From contig NIVC01000689.1 in the NCBI GenBank assembly GCA_002269645.1, positions 124,001 through 188,000 of the forward strand: a stretch of DNA of 64,000 nucleotides. Reading direction: 5' to 3'. Each line of letters opens with the position of its first letter. The first letter of the stretch is position 1. Both the position numbers and the translations under genes were made by a program. The notes beneath the pieces were generated by a model, which worked only from the letters and a program-made list of their open reading frames with translations, was not told the DNA's origin and ran no database searches. This document shows, in pieces, positions 13,632 through 27,340 of this stretch. This DNA comes from Macrostomum lignano (Eukaryota).

Positions 13632-13835
13632 CCATAGAAATAAAGACTTTCCGTGACAATATTTGCGTTCTCCGGGATTTTATTTGGTAATATTCAATAA
13701 TATCCCATAAAGTCTTTATGTCTATGGTTTATACGAGATTACACATGCCTTTTTCGGGAGTCATTTTCATAAATCCCTCGGGCCTCAGGCCCTCGTGATT
13801 TATACAAATAACTCCCTCAAAAGGCATGTTTAATC
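13632..13835. mobile_element. Small double-hairpin MITE-like element
   Basis: Inverted repeats 13632-13726 (CCATAGAAATAAAGACTTT / AAAGTCTTTATGTCTATGG) and 13737-13835 (imperfect palindrome centred on GGGCCTCAGGCCC); no TSD recognised. Confidence 0.45.
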
Positions 13836-15557
13836 TGATACTTACAAACTAAAATGTAGCAGAAGTTTGACCATAGACTTACGTACAGTATGTTAACAAG
13901 CTAGTGGAAAGTAGTGAAAGTACTTTTGATTGAATGCACTCTAAGACTTCTTTGTTAGGCTGCTTTGACAAAGAGACATCTATGGAAGAACTTGGGAAAA
14001 CATAAAACTTTTAAAGCAGCAGAATATTTCCCACTGGGCTTCAGCTTCATTGCTTTTTGTTCCCTGCTTTTGCTGCACCAAAAGTCATGGATGCGCATTC
14101 TTGTTGCTCAGGGGAGTGTGATTTACACTCTTTAGAGGGCAGAGCATAGTGCAGCCGGGATTCATGCACAACTTTCATTGACTCATGGGTCTAATGCAGT
14201 CATTTACCACAGTAACTTTGCACATTTAGGAGTACCGCACCCAGTTACTCATTTGTCAGCTTCCACTTCGAAATTTTGCTAGCTTGCTAACTTACTGTAA
14301 TTCTATGGTCAAACTCCTGCTACATTTGAGTTTGTAACTTTTGTTTCCATTGTCTGATTTTTTAAATATTAAAGTTAATATGAAGAGAGTTGCCGCTAAA
14401 AAATTGTGCAAAATGATGTTATTTTTGCCTACTCTAAAACTCAAAAAGGACTCAGATTTAATTGCGTGCGCGGGCCCAATTTAAATTTTGATTCGAGCAT
14501 GGGATTTTCACCTAAACTGTCTGAGATTATATGAGGACTAAGACTAAATAGTCGTTTACGGTATCATTAAACTTGCGAGCTCAAGTGCCATAGAAATATG
14601 CATTCCTTACCAAACTCTCCGGTACCTCTACTCATAGTAGTCAGTTTGAATAGCGTTTAAGTCAAAGAAAATAAAGGAAAGACATTTTATTCTTTATTTT
14701 ATTTCTACCTAACAGGCGGTTCAAACAAAACGAAAAAATACCTGGAGGTATTTAAAATAAAAAAACACAGTCAGTCACTCGCAACAGTAGACTGAATTGA
14801 CTTTATTACACATTTCAGTATTAAATTGTAGCACACATATAGAAAAAGCACTATAAATGGTGCCCAAGTGTGTGAGGGCCAACCAGTACAGTTCATGTAT
14901 CAGTGTTTTTGTACTAAATAATGTACGTGTTCTTTTTACACTACAACATATTTTGAGGTCATTTGAGGACACAACAAACACGAGACACAATGAGTTATGA
15001 GCAAAAATGTGAAAAGATTGAAGTCTATCGGGCCGTCTGGATCTTAATAAATCTAATCTAGCTAGTATATAAACAGTGTATAAATATATATATCACATGC
15101 ATTAAAAATGATAACTGGAACACTGTAAATATTAGAAACGCAAGTGAAAACAGTTGCCAGGACACTTCGAAGCCAAAAAGCGGAAGCGGCACAGCAGCAA
15201 CAAAAACAACAAGTTTCGGACGCAAATCGATTGAGAGAAAAAATAAATTACTGCTCAGTCAAGCACAGATTTGTTGTGCAAGGTTTCCGTGCTAAGAATT
15301 AATAAACAACAGCAAGTCAAATTATGGGCTAAGGTAGTTTTTAAAAATACTCAACAAGAAAAGGTTGGGCTTTTATATTTACATAAATATGCGTGCCTTT
15401 AGTACTTGGTTATTATAATAGTTAAAATGTAAAGTATATACTGGGTTAATTACATCAGAAACTCACAGTAAAATCCAGTAGAGCATATCAAGAACATGCA
15501 GCATATTCTCAATTGTATGAGAGCTTTTATATTGTAATTGAACTACAAAAATTTTTG

Positions 15558-15589
<32 letters not shown>

Positions 15590-16079
15590 AAATGACTGAG
15601 ACAGCCAAGGTGAAGGTCCTGGGGAGGGGACATGGCGGAAAAACGAGGTGACCTCTCAAGAGCAAATCACCCTAAAACTCTTATTTGCGAGGGCAGGGGG
15701 GGGTCAAAGTCCCCCTATAGACACGATCCCTTTAGCTCGTAAAAATGTTTTTATGGGATCAGAGCCCCGCTCTCTTTGTAAGGGGGTCAAGGCCCCAACT
15801 AAGAGACGTGACTTACCGGAGTCACAAAAATCCCTCTTTTTAAAAGAGGGTCAAAATACCGAAAAATCACTTCCCAAGCATTTGTTACTTCCGTAAAGAA
15901 ATTGATGTGCCCGTTTATTTGGTGGTCACATTGATTGTCACATTGCAAGGGTCACATCGACGGTCACATAGAGACTATTTTAGGAGGTCAAAACCGACCT
16001 CTTTGAAATACGAGGGGGTCAACGCCCCCCCCCCCCGAGAAATAGGTGGCCCCTAAAAATCCTTCGATTTAGAGCTTGG

Positions 16080-16375
16080 TCAGCCGCTATCCGGACTCGA
16101 CAGTCTTCTGGCTTCAACGGCAGCCTCCGCCTCCGTAATCAGCTGGCTGAGCCGCTGGTCCAGCAGAGCTCGGCCGCGCGAACCGACCAGCGAGGAGCCG
16201 CCGGACAGCTGCTGCAAAGTTTGACCGAGGCTGGCCCGGCTGGCCGACTCCAGGACCAGCAGGGCGCCGTGGTAGCCGGACTCCCGGAACGATCGGTTTG
16301 CCTCGGCGTCGTCGCGAAGGAGGCCGAGGCCGCGCAGCCACTGCTGCAGACGATCGTTGGACCAGACAAGCAGGT
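16080..16375 (-). CDS. PPFIA: Liprin-alpha exon 12 (SAM3 and stop); not in the ORF track
   Basis: cgcag|AC gives [35 protein letters not shown]. Confidence 0.9.
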
Positions 16376-19300
16376 CTGCGGAGTTGATGCGTGCGGTGCG
16401 ACTTGTTAGGGAGTTGAGTGGGAATCGATGAAGGGGAATTTTGATCTCAGGGATTAGCGGGAATCAATGAGGAATTGCTTAGGGAATTAGAGGAATCTAA
16501 AGGGAAATAGGCGGTTGTAGCCTAGGGTTTAGAGCGTCGGACTCGCGACTAAAAGGTCGGGGGTTCGATTCTCGACCTACTCTTAAGCCAGACGCTTAGC
16601 TCTGCATTGCTTCAGTTCACCCAGCTGTAAAATGGGTGCCAGCATTACCTCGGATAATTGAGGGTGTGTGGCAGGTGTAATCAATTATTATTATCACTTT
16701 TATTATTAAAAGAAAAGGCTCAGTAGGCCTAAGTGAAATCGCAGGCGATTGCTCAGAAATTGAGGATAATCAAAGATTAAGAGTTAATTGAACAGATAGA
16801 ATCGCACAGACATCATAGTGGCTCAAGTTGAAGTGGAAACTCACCAGAGTCAACCTTGGCGCAGGCCTCGCGCCTGGCCTCCAGCGTCTGCCTATCGAAG
16901 CCAAGCAGATGCAAAGCCCGGATGCCGCAGACCAGCGACCGTCTGTGCCCGGAGTCCGACATACGCAGATAGGATCGGAGCTCCTTCTTGCCCAGACTTG
17001 GCAGCATCCTGGCGTCAACCAGGCAGTCCATGAAGGCCGAACGGTACTGGCCGAGGCCCAGGCTGGGCAGCCAGCTGTTGCCAACCCAGTCGTGTCCCAT
17101 CCGGCCGCAAACCAGACTCGGGTTGCCGGAGCTCCCCTGCCCGGCTGTCCAATCCAGCATCTCCTGCACGGCCAGTCTCAGCTTCAACCGGTGCAGCGGA
17201 TTTGAGATGCCCAGCTCTCGCTGAATGTCCTGGTCGGATAGACTAGCCATAATAGCGCCGGATTTCACATTGGCTCTGCAGGCGGCCACGTACCAGTCGG
17301 GCATGCCGACCCACAGCTCTAGCCAGGCGACTACAGTGGGACCGCTCCACTGGGTGAAGCTGGACCGGTCCTGCATCACCTGCTCCAGTAGTTCCTCTCT
17401 GTGAAAAGTCATTTATCATTAGTCAATAAAGTAAACAGGGGGAGCACAATAAATATCCAATGCCTCGTCATCTATGAGGGGTGTGTGGAAAAAGATACTG
17501 TGACAAGAATCGCTAAAAAGTTGTTGAAAACAACTCTCTTGTGACTCAAGCGACTCTGGGGCCATTCTTGCGACTTTTTAACGACTCAAACGTGTCTAAT
17601 GAGATGGAGAGGCGACTTTTGCATGACAAACAAGTCACGTGAGTTCTAGAATCGTAAAAGAGTCCAAGAGTCCAAGAATCGTTGCGTTGGCGCTTAACTT
17701 TCACTAGAGATGTGCGACTCTGATTAATCAAGCGACGCAAGTGCGCTTCAAACACAACTCAGTGTCTCTATAGCGACTCTAGCACGCCTCAAATACGACT
17801 CTTCCGCCCCTGAATCGTTTCAGAGTCGCAGACAATAAATACTTCAAAGTGATTCTCAAACTGACTTCTGTCCTATTTGACCTATGTCATCTGCAATGAC
17901 TCTGAAACGATTCTGGGGCGACGCAAGTGACTCCGGGACGCTTCTTGACCTGGGTACCGTTTTCATCGGGAATCCCAGAGCAAAAACAGTAGCAGCTGCA
18001 AACACAGCTTTGGTGTCGTTTTAAAGCGACAACATCTATTCTTTCCAATGAATTCAGTCGCGTGTATTTTGGTCATTTCATTCAAAAATGGTGTTACCAA
18101 AAAGTCGTCAAAGAGTCGCCAAAGAATCACTGAAGTGTTTTGTTTTATTTGTTTGCAACTCTGGGGCCGTAGAGTCCTATTTGAGGCGTGCTAGAGTCGC
18201 TGTAGAGTCACTGAGTTGTGTTCAAAGTACTTTGATTCACATCTCCGGCCTTTCAGCGGTGTTCTTCAGTCACAAAAGTCGCAGAATCGTTAGTGCCTCG
18301 CTTTTAAGACGCTCTGGACAGTTACAGTCAGAGTTACAGTTACGTAATAAACGCTCAGTGTAGCTTATTGGCGTTAATTGCAATCTATTGCTAGCTAGCC
18401 TACTGAGTTAGTAGAAAGTTAAGCACCAACACAACGATTCTTGCACGACTCTGTCGCGACTCTTACGATTCTACAACTCACGTGACGCGCTTGGGACGCA
18501 ACAGTCGTCTCTCCGTCGCATTTGACGCGTTTGAGTCGTTAAAGAGTCACAAGAGTCGTTAGAGTCAAGAGTTTTTTGCAGCCCACAGCCCCTGCTAACT
18601 AACAGGTTATTTCATATGAACGATTTTTTTTCTTAAAACAAAGACAAAACAAAAATGCGCACTTTTTCCTTCGCTGCCGTTCCTGATCGCCGCCAAAGAA
18701 GCTGTGACCGCTTGAAGTCATCGCGTCGTCAGTGGGGTATCGGGCGTCGTAACGGGATGAGCCGTCTGGCAAGTAGGAGGGCATGGGGACAGAAGCTGCG
18801 TGTCTTATTAGAAATGCATGAGCGTAACGCTAATGTGGCACATACGCTAGGCTGCAAACCAGACCCTCAAGATTTTGGAGTTATATAGTCACCTAAATCC
18901 TGAGGATCTGGGAGGCTGGTCAAGCAACTGAGGATCTGGGAGGCTGGTCCAGCAACTGAGGATCTGGGAGGCTGGTCCAGCAACTGAGGATCTGGGAGGC
19001 TGGTCCAGCAACTGAGGATCTGGGAGCTGGTCAAGCAACTGAGGATCTGGGAGGCTGGTCCAGCAACTGAGGATCTGGGAGGCTGGTCCAGCAACTGAGG
19101 ATCTGGGAGGCTGGTCCAGCAACTGAGGATCTGGGAGGCTGTCTCAGCAACTGAGGATCTGGGAGGCTGGTCCAGCAACTGAGGATCTAGGAGGCTGGCT
19201 CAGCAACTGAGGATCTGGGAGGCTGGCCCAGCAACTGAGGATCTGGGAAGCTGGCCCAGTAACTGAGGGTCTGTGAAACTGGCCCAGCAACTGAGGATCT

Positions 19301-22300
19301 GGGAGGCTGGCCAAGCAACTGAGAATCTGGGAGGCTGGCCCAGCAACTGAGAATCTGGGAGGCTGGCCAAGCAACTGAGAATCTGGGAGGCTGGCCAAGC
19401 AACTGAGGATCTGGGAAGCTGGCTCAGCAACTGAGGATCTGGGAGGCTGGTCCAGCAACTGAGGATCTGGAAGGCTGGTTCAGCAACTGAGGATCTGGGA
19501 GGCTGGTCAAGCAACTGAGGATCTGGGAGGCTGGCCCAGCAACTGAGGATCTGGGAAGCTGGTCCAGCAACTGAGGATCTGGGAGGCTGTCTCAGCAACT
19601 GAGGATCTGGGAGGCTGGTCCAGCAACTGAGGATCTGGGAAGCTGGCCCAGTAACTGAGGGTCTGTGAAGCTGGCCTAGCAACTGAGGATCTGGGAGGCC
19701 GGCCAAGCAACTGAGAATCTGGGAGGCTGGCCAAGCAACTGAGAATCTGGGAGGCTGGCCAAGCAACTGAGGATCTGGGAAGCTGGCTCAGCAACTGAGG
19801 ATCTGGGAGGCTGTTCCAGCAACTGAGGATCTGGAAGGCTGGTTCAGCAGCTGAGGATCTGGGAGGCTGGTCCAGCAACTGAGGATCTGGGCGGCTGGTC
19901 CAGCAGCTGAGGATCTGAGAGGCTGGTCCAGCAACTGAGGATCTGGGAGGCTGTCTCAGCAACTGAGGATCTGGGAGGCTGGTCCAGCAACTGAGGATCT
20001 AGGAGGCTGGCTCAGCAACTGAGGATCTGGGAGGCTGGCCCAGCAACTGAGGATCTGGGAAGCTGGCCCAGTAACTGAGGATCTGTGAAACTGGCCCAGC
20101 AACTGAGGATCTGGGAGGCTGGCCAAGCAACTGAGAATCTGGGAGGCTGGCCAAGCAACTGAGGATCTGGGAAGCTGGCTCAGCAACTGAGGATCTGGGA
20201 GGCTGGTCCAGCAACTGAGGATCTGGAAGGCTGGTTCAGCAGCTGAGGATCTGGGAGGCTGGTCCAGCAACTGAGGATCTAGGAGGCTGTCTCAGCAACT
20301 GAGGATCTGGGAGGCTGGTCAAGCAACTGAGGATCTGGGAGGCTGGCTCAGCAACTGAGGATCTGGGAGGCTGGCCCAGCAACTGAGGATCTGGGAAGCT
20401 GGCCCAGTAACTGAGGGTCTGTGAAGCTGGCCCAGCAACTGAGGATCTGGGAGGCCGGCCAAGCAACTGAGAATCTGGGAGGCTGGCTCAGCAACTGAGG
20501 ATCTGGGAGGCTGGCCAAGCAACTGAGGATCTGGGAAGCTGGCTCAGCAACTGAGGATCTGGCAGGCTGGTTCAGCAGCTGAGGATCTGAGAGGCTGGTC
20601 CAGCAACTGAGGATCTGGGAGGCTGGCCCAGCAACTGACGATCTGGGAGGCTGGTCAAGCAACTGAGGATCTGGGAGGCTGTTCCAGCAGCTGAGGATTT
20701 GGGAGGCTGGCCCAGCAACTGACGATCTGGGAGGCTGGTCAAGCAACTGAGGATCTGGGAGGCTGGTCCAGCAGCTGAGGATCTGGGAGGCTGGTCAAGC
20801 AACTGAGGATCTGGGAGGCTGGTCCAGCAGCTGAGGATCTGGGAGGCTGGCCCGAACAACTGAGGATCTGGGAGGCTGGTCCAGCAACTGAGGATCTGGG
20901 AGGCTGGCCCGAACAACTGAGGATCTGGGAGGCTGGTCCAGCAACTGAGGATCTGGGAGGCTGGTCCAGAAAATGAGGATCTGGGAGGCTAGTCCAGAAA
21001 ATGAGGATCTGGGAGGCTGGTTCAGAAAATGAGGATCTGGGAGGCTGGCCCAGCAACTGGGGATCTGAGAGGCTGGCCCAGCAACTGAGAATCTGGGAGG
21101 CTGGCCCAGCAACTGAGGATCTGGGAAGCTGGCCCAGTAACTGAGGGTCTGTGAAGCTGGCCCAGCAACTGAGGATCTGGAAGGCTGGCCAAGCAACTGA
21201 AAATCTGGGAGGCTGGCCCAGCAACTGAGGATCTGGGAGGCTGGCCCAGCAACTGAGGATCTGGCAGGCTGGTTCAGCAGCTGAGGATCTGGGAGGCTGG
21301 CCCAGCAACTGAGGATCTGGGAAGCTGGCCCAGTAACTGAGGATCTGTGAAACTGGCCCAGCAACTGAGGATCTGGGAGGCTGGCCAAGCAACTGAGAAT
21401 CTGGGAGGCTGGCCAAGCAACTGAGGATCTGGGAAGCTGGCTCAGCAACTGAGGATCTGGGAGGCTGGTCCAGCAACTGAGGATCTGGAAGGCTGGTTCA
21501 GCAGCTGAGGATCTGGGAGGCTGGTCCAGCAACTGAGGATCTGGGAGGCTGGTCAAGCAACTGAGGATCTGGGAGGCTGGTCAAGCAACTGAGGATCTGG
21601 GAGGCTGGCTCAGCAACTGAGGATCTGGGAGGCTGGCCCAGCAACTGAGGATCTGGGAAGCTGGTTCAGCAACTGAGGATCTGGGAGGCTGTCTCAGCAA
21701 CTGAGGATCTGGGAGGCTGGTCAAGCAACTGAGGATCTGGGAGGCTGGCTCAGCAACTGAGGATCTGGGAGGCTGGCCCAGCAACTGAGGATCTGGGAAG
21801 CTGGCCCAGTAACTGAGGGTCTGTGAAGCTGGCCCAGCAACTGAGGATCTGGGAAGCTGGCCCAGTAACTGAGGGTCTGTGAAGCTGGCCCAGCAACTGA
21901 GGATCTGGGAGGCCGGCCAAGCAACTGAGAATCTGGGAGGCTGGCTCAGCAACTGAGGATCTGGGAGGCTGGCCAAGCAACTGAGGATCTGGGAAGCTGG
22001 CTCAGAAAACTGAGGATCTGGCAGGCTGGTTCAGCAGCTGAGGATCTGAGAGGCTGGTCCAGCAACTGAGGATCTGGGCGGCTGGTCCAGCAGCTGAGGA
22101 TCTGAGAGGCTGGTCAAGCAACTGAGGATCTGGGAGGCTGTTCCAGCAGCTGAGGATCTGGGAGGCTGGCCCAGCAACTGACGATCTGGGAGGCTGGTCA
22201 AGCAACTGAGGATCTGGGAGGCTGGTCCAGCAGCTGAGGATCTGGGAGGCTGGTCAAGCAACTGAGGATCTGGGAGGCTGGTCCAGCAGCTGAGGATCTG

Positions 22301-25300
22301 GGAGGCTGGCCCGAACAACTGAGGATCTGGGAGGCTGGTCCAGCAACTGAGGATCTGGGAGGCTGGCCCGAACAACTGAGGATCTGGGAGGCTGGTCCAG
22401 CAACTGAGGATCTGGGAGGCTGGTCCAGAAAATGAGGATCTGGGAGGCTGGTCCAGAAAATGAGGATCTGGGAGGCTGGTCCAGAAAATGAGGATCTGGG
22501 AGGCTGGTCCAGAAAATGAGGATCTGGGAGGCTGGCTCAGCAACTGAGGATCTGGGAGGCTGGCTCAGCAACTGAGGATCTGGGAGGCTGGTCCAGCAAC
22601 TGAGGATCTGGAAGGCTGGTTCAGCAGCTGAGGATCTGGGAGGCTGGCCCAGCAACTGAGGATCTGGGAAGCTGGCCCAGTAACTGAGGGTCTGTGAAAC
22701 TGGCCCAGCAACTGAGAATCTGGGAGGCTGGCCCAGCAACTGAGGATCTGGGAGGCTGGCCCAGCAACTGAGGATCTGGCAGGCTGGTTCAGCAGCTGAG
22801 GATCTGGGAGGCTGGCCCAGCAACTGAGGATCTGGGAAGCTGGCCCAGTAACTGAGGATCTGTGAAACTGGCCCAGCAACTGAGGATCTGGGAGGCTGGC
22901 CAAGCAACTGAGAATCTGGGAGGCTGGCCAAGCAACTGAGGATCTGGGAAGCTGGCTCAGCAACTGAGGATCTGGGAGGCTGGTCCAGCAACTGAGGATC
23001 TGGAAGGCTGGTTCAGCAGCTGAGGATCTGGGAGGCTGGTCCAGCAACTGAGGATCTGGGAGGCTGGTCAAGCAACTGAGGATCTGGGAGGCTGGCTCAG
23101 CAAGTGAGGATCTGGGAGGCTGGCCCAGCAACTGAGGATCTGGGAAGCTGGTCCAGCAACTGAGGATCTGGGAGGCTGGTCCAGCAACTGAGGATCTGGG
23201 AGGCTGGTCAAGCAACTGAGGATCTGGGAGGCTGGCTCAGCAAGTGAGGATCTGGGAGGCTGGCCCAGCAACTGAGGATCTGGGAAGCTGGTCCAGCAAC
23301 TGAGGATCTGGGAGGCTGTCTCAGCAACTGAGGATCTGGGAGGCTGGTCAAGCAACTGAGGATCTGGGAGGCTGGCTCAGCAACTGAGGATCTGGGAGGC
23401 TGGCCCAGCAACTGAGGATCTGGGAAGCTGGCCCAGTAACTGAGGGTCTGTGAAGCTGGCCCAGCAACTGAGGATCTGGGAAGCTGGCCCAGTAACTGAG
23501 GGTCTGTGAAGCTGGCCCAGCAACTGAGGATCTGGGAGGCCGGCCAAGCAACTGAGAATCTGGGAGGCTGGCTCAGCAACTGAGGATCTGGGAGGCTGGC
23601 CAAGCAACTGAGGATCTGGGAAGCTGGCTCAGAAAACTGAGGATCTGGCAGGCTGGTTCAGCAGCTGAGGATCTGAGAGGCTGGTCCAGCAACTGAGGAT
23701 CTGGGCGGCTGGTCCAGCAGCTGAGGATCTGAGAGGCTGGTCAAGCAACTGAGGATCTGGGAGGCTGTTCCAGCAGCTGAGGATCTGGGAGGCTGGCCCA
23801 GCAACTGACGATCTGGGAGGCTGGTCAAGCAACTGAGGATCTGGGAGGCTGGTCCAGCAGCTGAGGATCTGGGAGGCTGGTCAAGCAACTGAGGATCTGG
23901 GAGGCTGGTCCAGCAGCTGAGGATCTGGGAGGCTGGCCCGAACAACTGAGGATCTGGGAGGCTGGTCCAGCAACTGAGGATCTGGGAGGCTGGCCCGAAC
24001 AACTGAGGATCTGGGAGGCTGGTCCAGCAACTGAGGATCTGGGAGGCTGGTCCAGAAAATGAGGATCTGGGAGGCTGGTCCAGAAAATGAGGATCTGGGA
24101 GGCTGGTCCAGAAAATGAGGATCTGGGAGGCTGGTCCAGAAAATGAGGATCTGGGAGGCTGGCTCAGCAACTGAGGATCTGGGAGGCTGGCTCAGCAACT
24201 GAGGATCTGGGAGGCTGGTCCAGCAACTGAGGATCTGGAAGGCTGGTTCAGCAGCTGAGGATCTGGGAGGCTGGCCCAGCAACTGAGGATCTGGGAAGCT
24301 GGCCCAGTAACTGAGGGTCTGTGAAACTGGCCCAGCAACTGAGAATCTGGGAGGCTGGCTCAGCAACTGAGGATCTGGGAGGCTGGCCAAGCAACTGAGG
24401 ATCTGGGAGGCTGGCCCAGCAACTGACGATCTGGGAGGCTGTTCCAGCAGCTGAGGATTTGGGAGGCTGGCCCAGCAACTGACGATCTGGGAGGCTGGTC
24501 AAGCAACTGAGGATCTGGGAGGCTGGTCCAGCAGCTGAGGATCTGGGAGGCTGGTCAAGCAACTGAGGATCTGGGAGGCTGGTCCAGCAGCTGAGGATCT
24601 GGGAGGCTGGCCCGAACAACTGAGGATCTGGGAGGCTGGTCCAGCAACTGAGGATCTGGGAGGCTGGCCCGAACAACTGAGGATCTGGGAGGCTGGTCCA
24701 GCAACTGAGGATCTGGGAGGCTGGTCCAGAAAATGAGGATCTGGGAGGCTGGTTCAGAAAATGAGGATCTGGGAGGCTGGCCCAGCAACTGGGGATCTGA
24801 GAGGCTGGCCCAGCAACTGAGAATCTGGGAGGCCGGCCAAGCAACTGAGAATCTGGGAGGCTGGCTCAGCAACTGAGGATCTGGGAGGCTGGCCAAGCAA
24901 CTGAGGATCTGGGAAGCTGGCTCAGCAACTGAGGATCTGGCAGGCTGGTTCAGCAGCTGAGGATCTGAGAGGCTGGTCCAGCAACTGAGGATCTGGGCGG
25001 CTGGTCCAGCAGCTGAGGATCTGAGAGGCTGGTCAAGCAACTGAGGATCTGGGAGGCTGTTCCAGCAGCTGAGGATCTGGGAGGCTGGCCCAGCAACTGA
25101 CGATCTGGGAGGCTGGTCAAGCAACTGAGAATCTGGGAGGCTGGCCCAGCAACTGAGGATCTGGGAGGCTGGCCCAGCAACTGGGATCTGAGAGGCTGGC
25201 CCAGCAACTGAGGATCTGGGAGGCTGGCCCAGCAACTGACGATCTGAGAGGCTGGCCCAGCAACTGAGGATCTGGGAGGTTGGCCCAGCAACTGAGGATC

Positions 25301-27269
25301 TGGGAGGCTGGCCCAGCAACTGAGGATCTGGGAGGTTGGCCCAGCAACTGAGGATCTGGGAGGCTGGCCCAGCAACTGAGGATCTGGGAGGTTGGCCCAG
25401 CAACTGAGGATCTGGGAGGCTGGCCCAGCAACTGAGGATCTGGGAGAGGCCAAACTGCAAGCAGTTATAAGAGCCGGCATACACTACTAAATAAGGCGGT
25501 TTACCCAGCGTTCTAGATCGAGGCGGCTGCGGCGAGTCCGGCCGCCGAAATATCCGGCCAAGAGTGCCGCCTAGGCGAGATTTTTTCTTGCCAACACCCC
25601 CGACGCCGCTGCTGCCGTACGCGGCGGCCAGCTGCTGCTGAGGCGAGCCGGAGGAGTTGCTGCTGCTGTGATAAGCATTGTTACTATTGCCGTTGTTACC
25701 GTTGCCATTATTACTAATAGTATTAGTGTTATTGTTATAACCGGAAGCATTTAGCGAGTCCCGACTGCCGCCAGATATTGGCGAGGAATGCGGCGACGAG
25801 CCGAGAGCGATTTCGGGCGACCTGCATAGCAACAAGATGGGGGATCGACGATAGCCGCTTAGGTATTGTATAAATAACAGCAGCTTAGTAGCACTAAGTT
25901 ATTTTGGATTCTAAAATGGGATAAATTAAAGCTTAGCTATGGCTCAACTATTGAATTAGACGTAGTTAATGGCCTTTCGGCGGGAAAATGGGCTGCTAAA
26001 ATGGCTATGGAGGCGCCCATGAGGGTAGTGAGGCGCGAAAATGAGTTATGTGGCACTAAAATGGGTGTTTTTGAGGCTCAAAAATGTCTTAGTGTCTGTC
26101 CGTCTTAGTGTCTGTCTGTCCGTCCGTCTTAGTGTCTGCCCGTCTTAGTGTCTGTCTGTCCGTCCGTCTTAGTGTCTGCCTGTCTGTCTGTCTCTATCTG
26201 CCTGTCCGTCTTAGTGTCTTAGTGTCTGTCTGTCTGTCTGCCTGTCCGTCTTAGTGTCTGTCTGTCTGTCTGCCTGTCCGTCTTAGTGTCTGTCTGTCCC
26301 TATCTGCCTGTCCGTCTTAGTGTCTGTCTGTCTGTCTTAGTGTTTTAGTGTCTTTCTGTCCGTCCGTCTGTCTCTCTGCCTGTCCGTCTTAGTGTCTGTC
26401 TGTCTGTCTGTCCGTCTTAGCGTCTGTCTGTCTGCCTGTCCGTCTTAGTGTCTGCCTGTCTGTCTGTCTATCTAGAGAAGAATGAATCTCTATGGCCAAA
26501 TATATTTCGAGGCGCTAAAATGATGAGCATTGAGACGCTATAGCAGTTATTTGAGAAGCTTAATTGGATAATTGCTCGTAGGGCGCTATAATTTCGGTAT
26601 TAGAGTGTCAAAATGATCCCAGGGCGTCAGTTTTTTACTATATTCTTTTGTTTCCTATCTGGTTTTGGTTCTTGTCCTTTCTGTTCAAACAGAACTCCAA
26701 GGACGGAAAAACTGTACTTTATAACGGGTACTCTAATCAAAGAACAAGGAACACACTGAAGCAATCAAGGCAATAAAATCTATTCTCAATCGCATGCAAA
26801 GACGATGGAATCAATTCTTTCATTTCAATATTATTACTGTTATCAAAACGCATGCGCACTTGTTATTGTTCTACTACTTTTAAGTCAAGTAGGAACTTCA
26901 AGACTTGAATATTGTTTTTTTCCCAAATCAATTCCGCTTGAACTCCATGCATGCGGTCGCCTCTGTGTAAAGAACACTGGTTTGGCCATAGACGCTCTAG
27001 CTTATGCGTATCCAGCCAATTTGAAGTCGACAGCACAACAACAGAGCTTGTTTATTGCCCCTCTGCCTCATAGCTTAACTTCTCCGACCGGTTTTTAAAC
27101 ACATCTTAACCCCGCTCAAGTCAGTGTTAGCTTAGGTCTCAAGCTTTATAGCTATCGATATGTATCATGTGTGTGCTTAGTGGCGCTGGCTAATGTGCGC
27201 CCGTACATTACAGTATTATTTCTTACAGAATTGCTTCAACACTCCTTTGCTACTGAAGGTAGATGCAGG

Positions 27270-27302
<33 letters not shown>

Positions 27303-27306
27303 GCCT

Positions 27307-27340
<34 letters not shown>

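Noticed and set aside
16513-16585. tRNA gene-like sequence (also at 41680-41745)
   Set aside because: It has A and B boxes but continues into a SINE body and tail, with no convincing acceptor stem
18867-25480. Dozens of [16 protein letters not shown] ORFs; also considered as a CRISPR-like array
   Set aside because: These are head-to-tail 28-bp monomers with no unique spacers and no cas genes, in a eukaryotic intron; the ORFs arise because the minus-strand unit lacks stops
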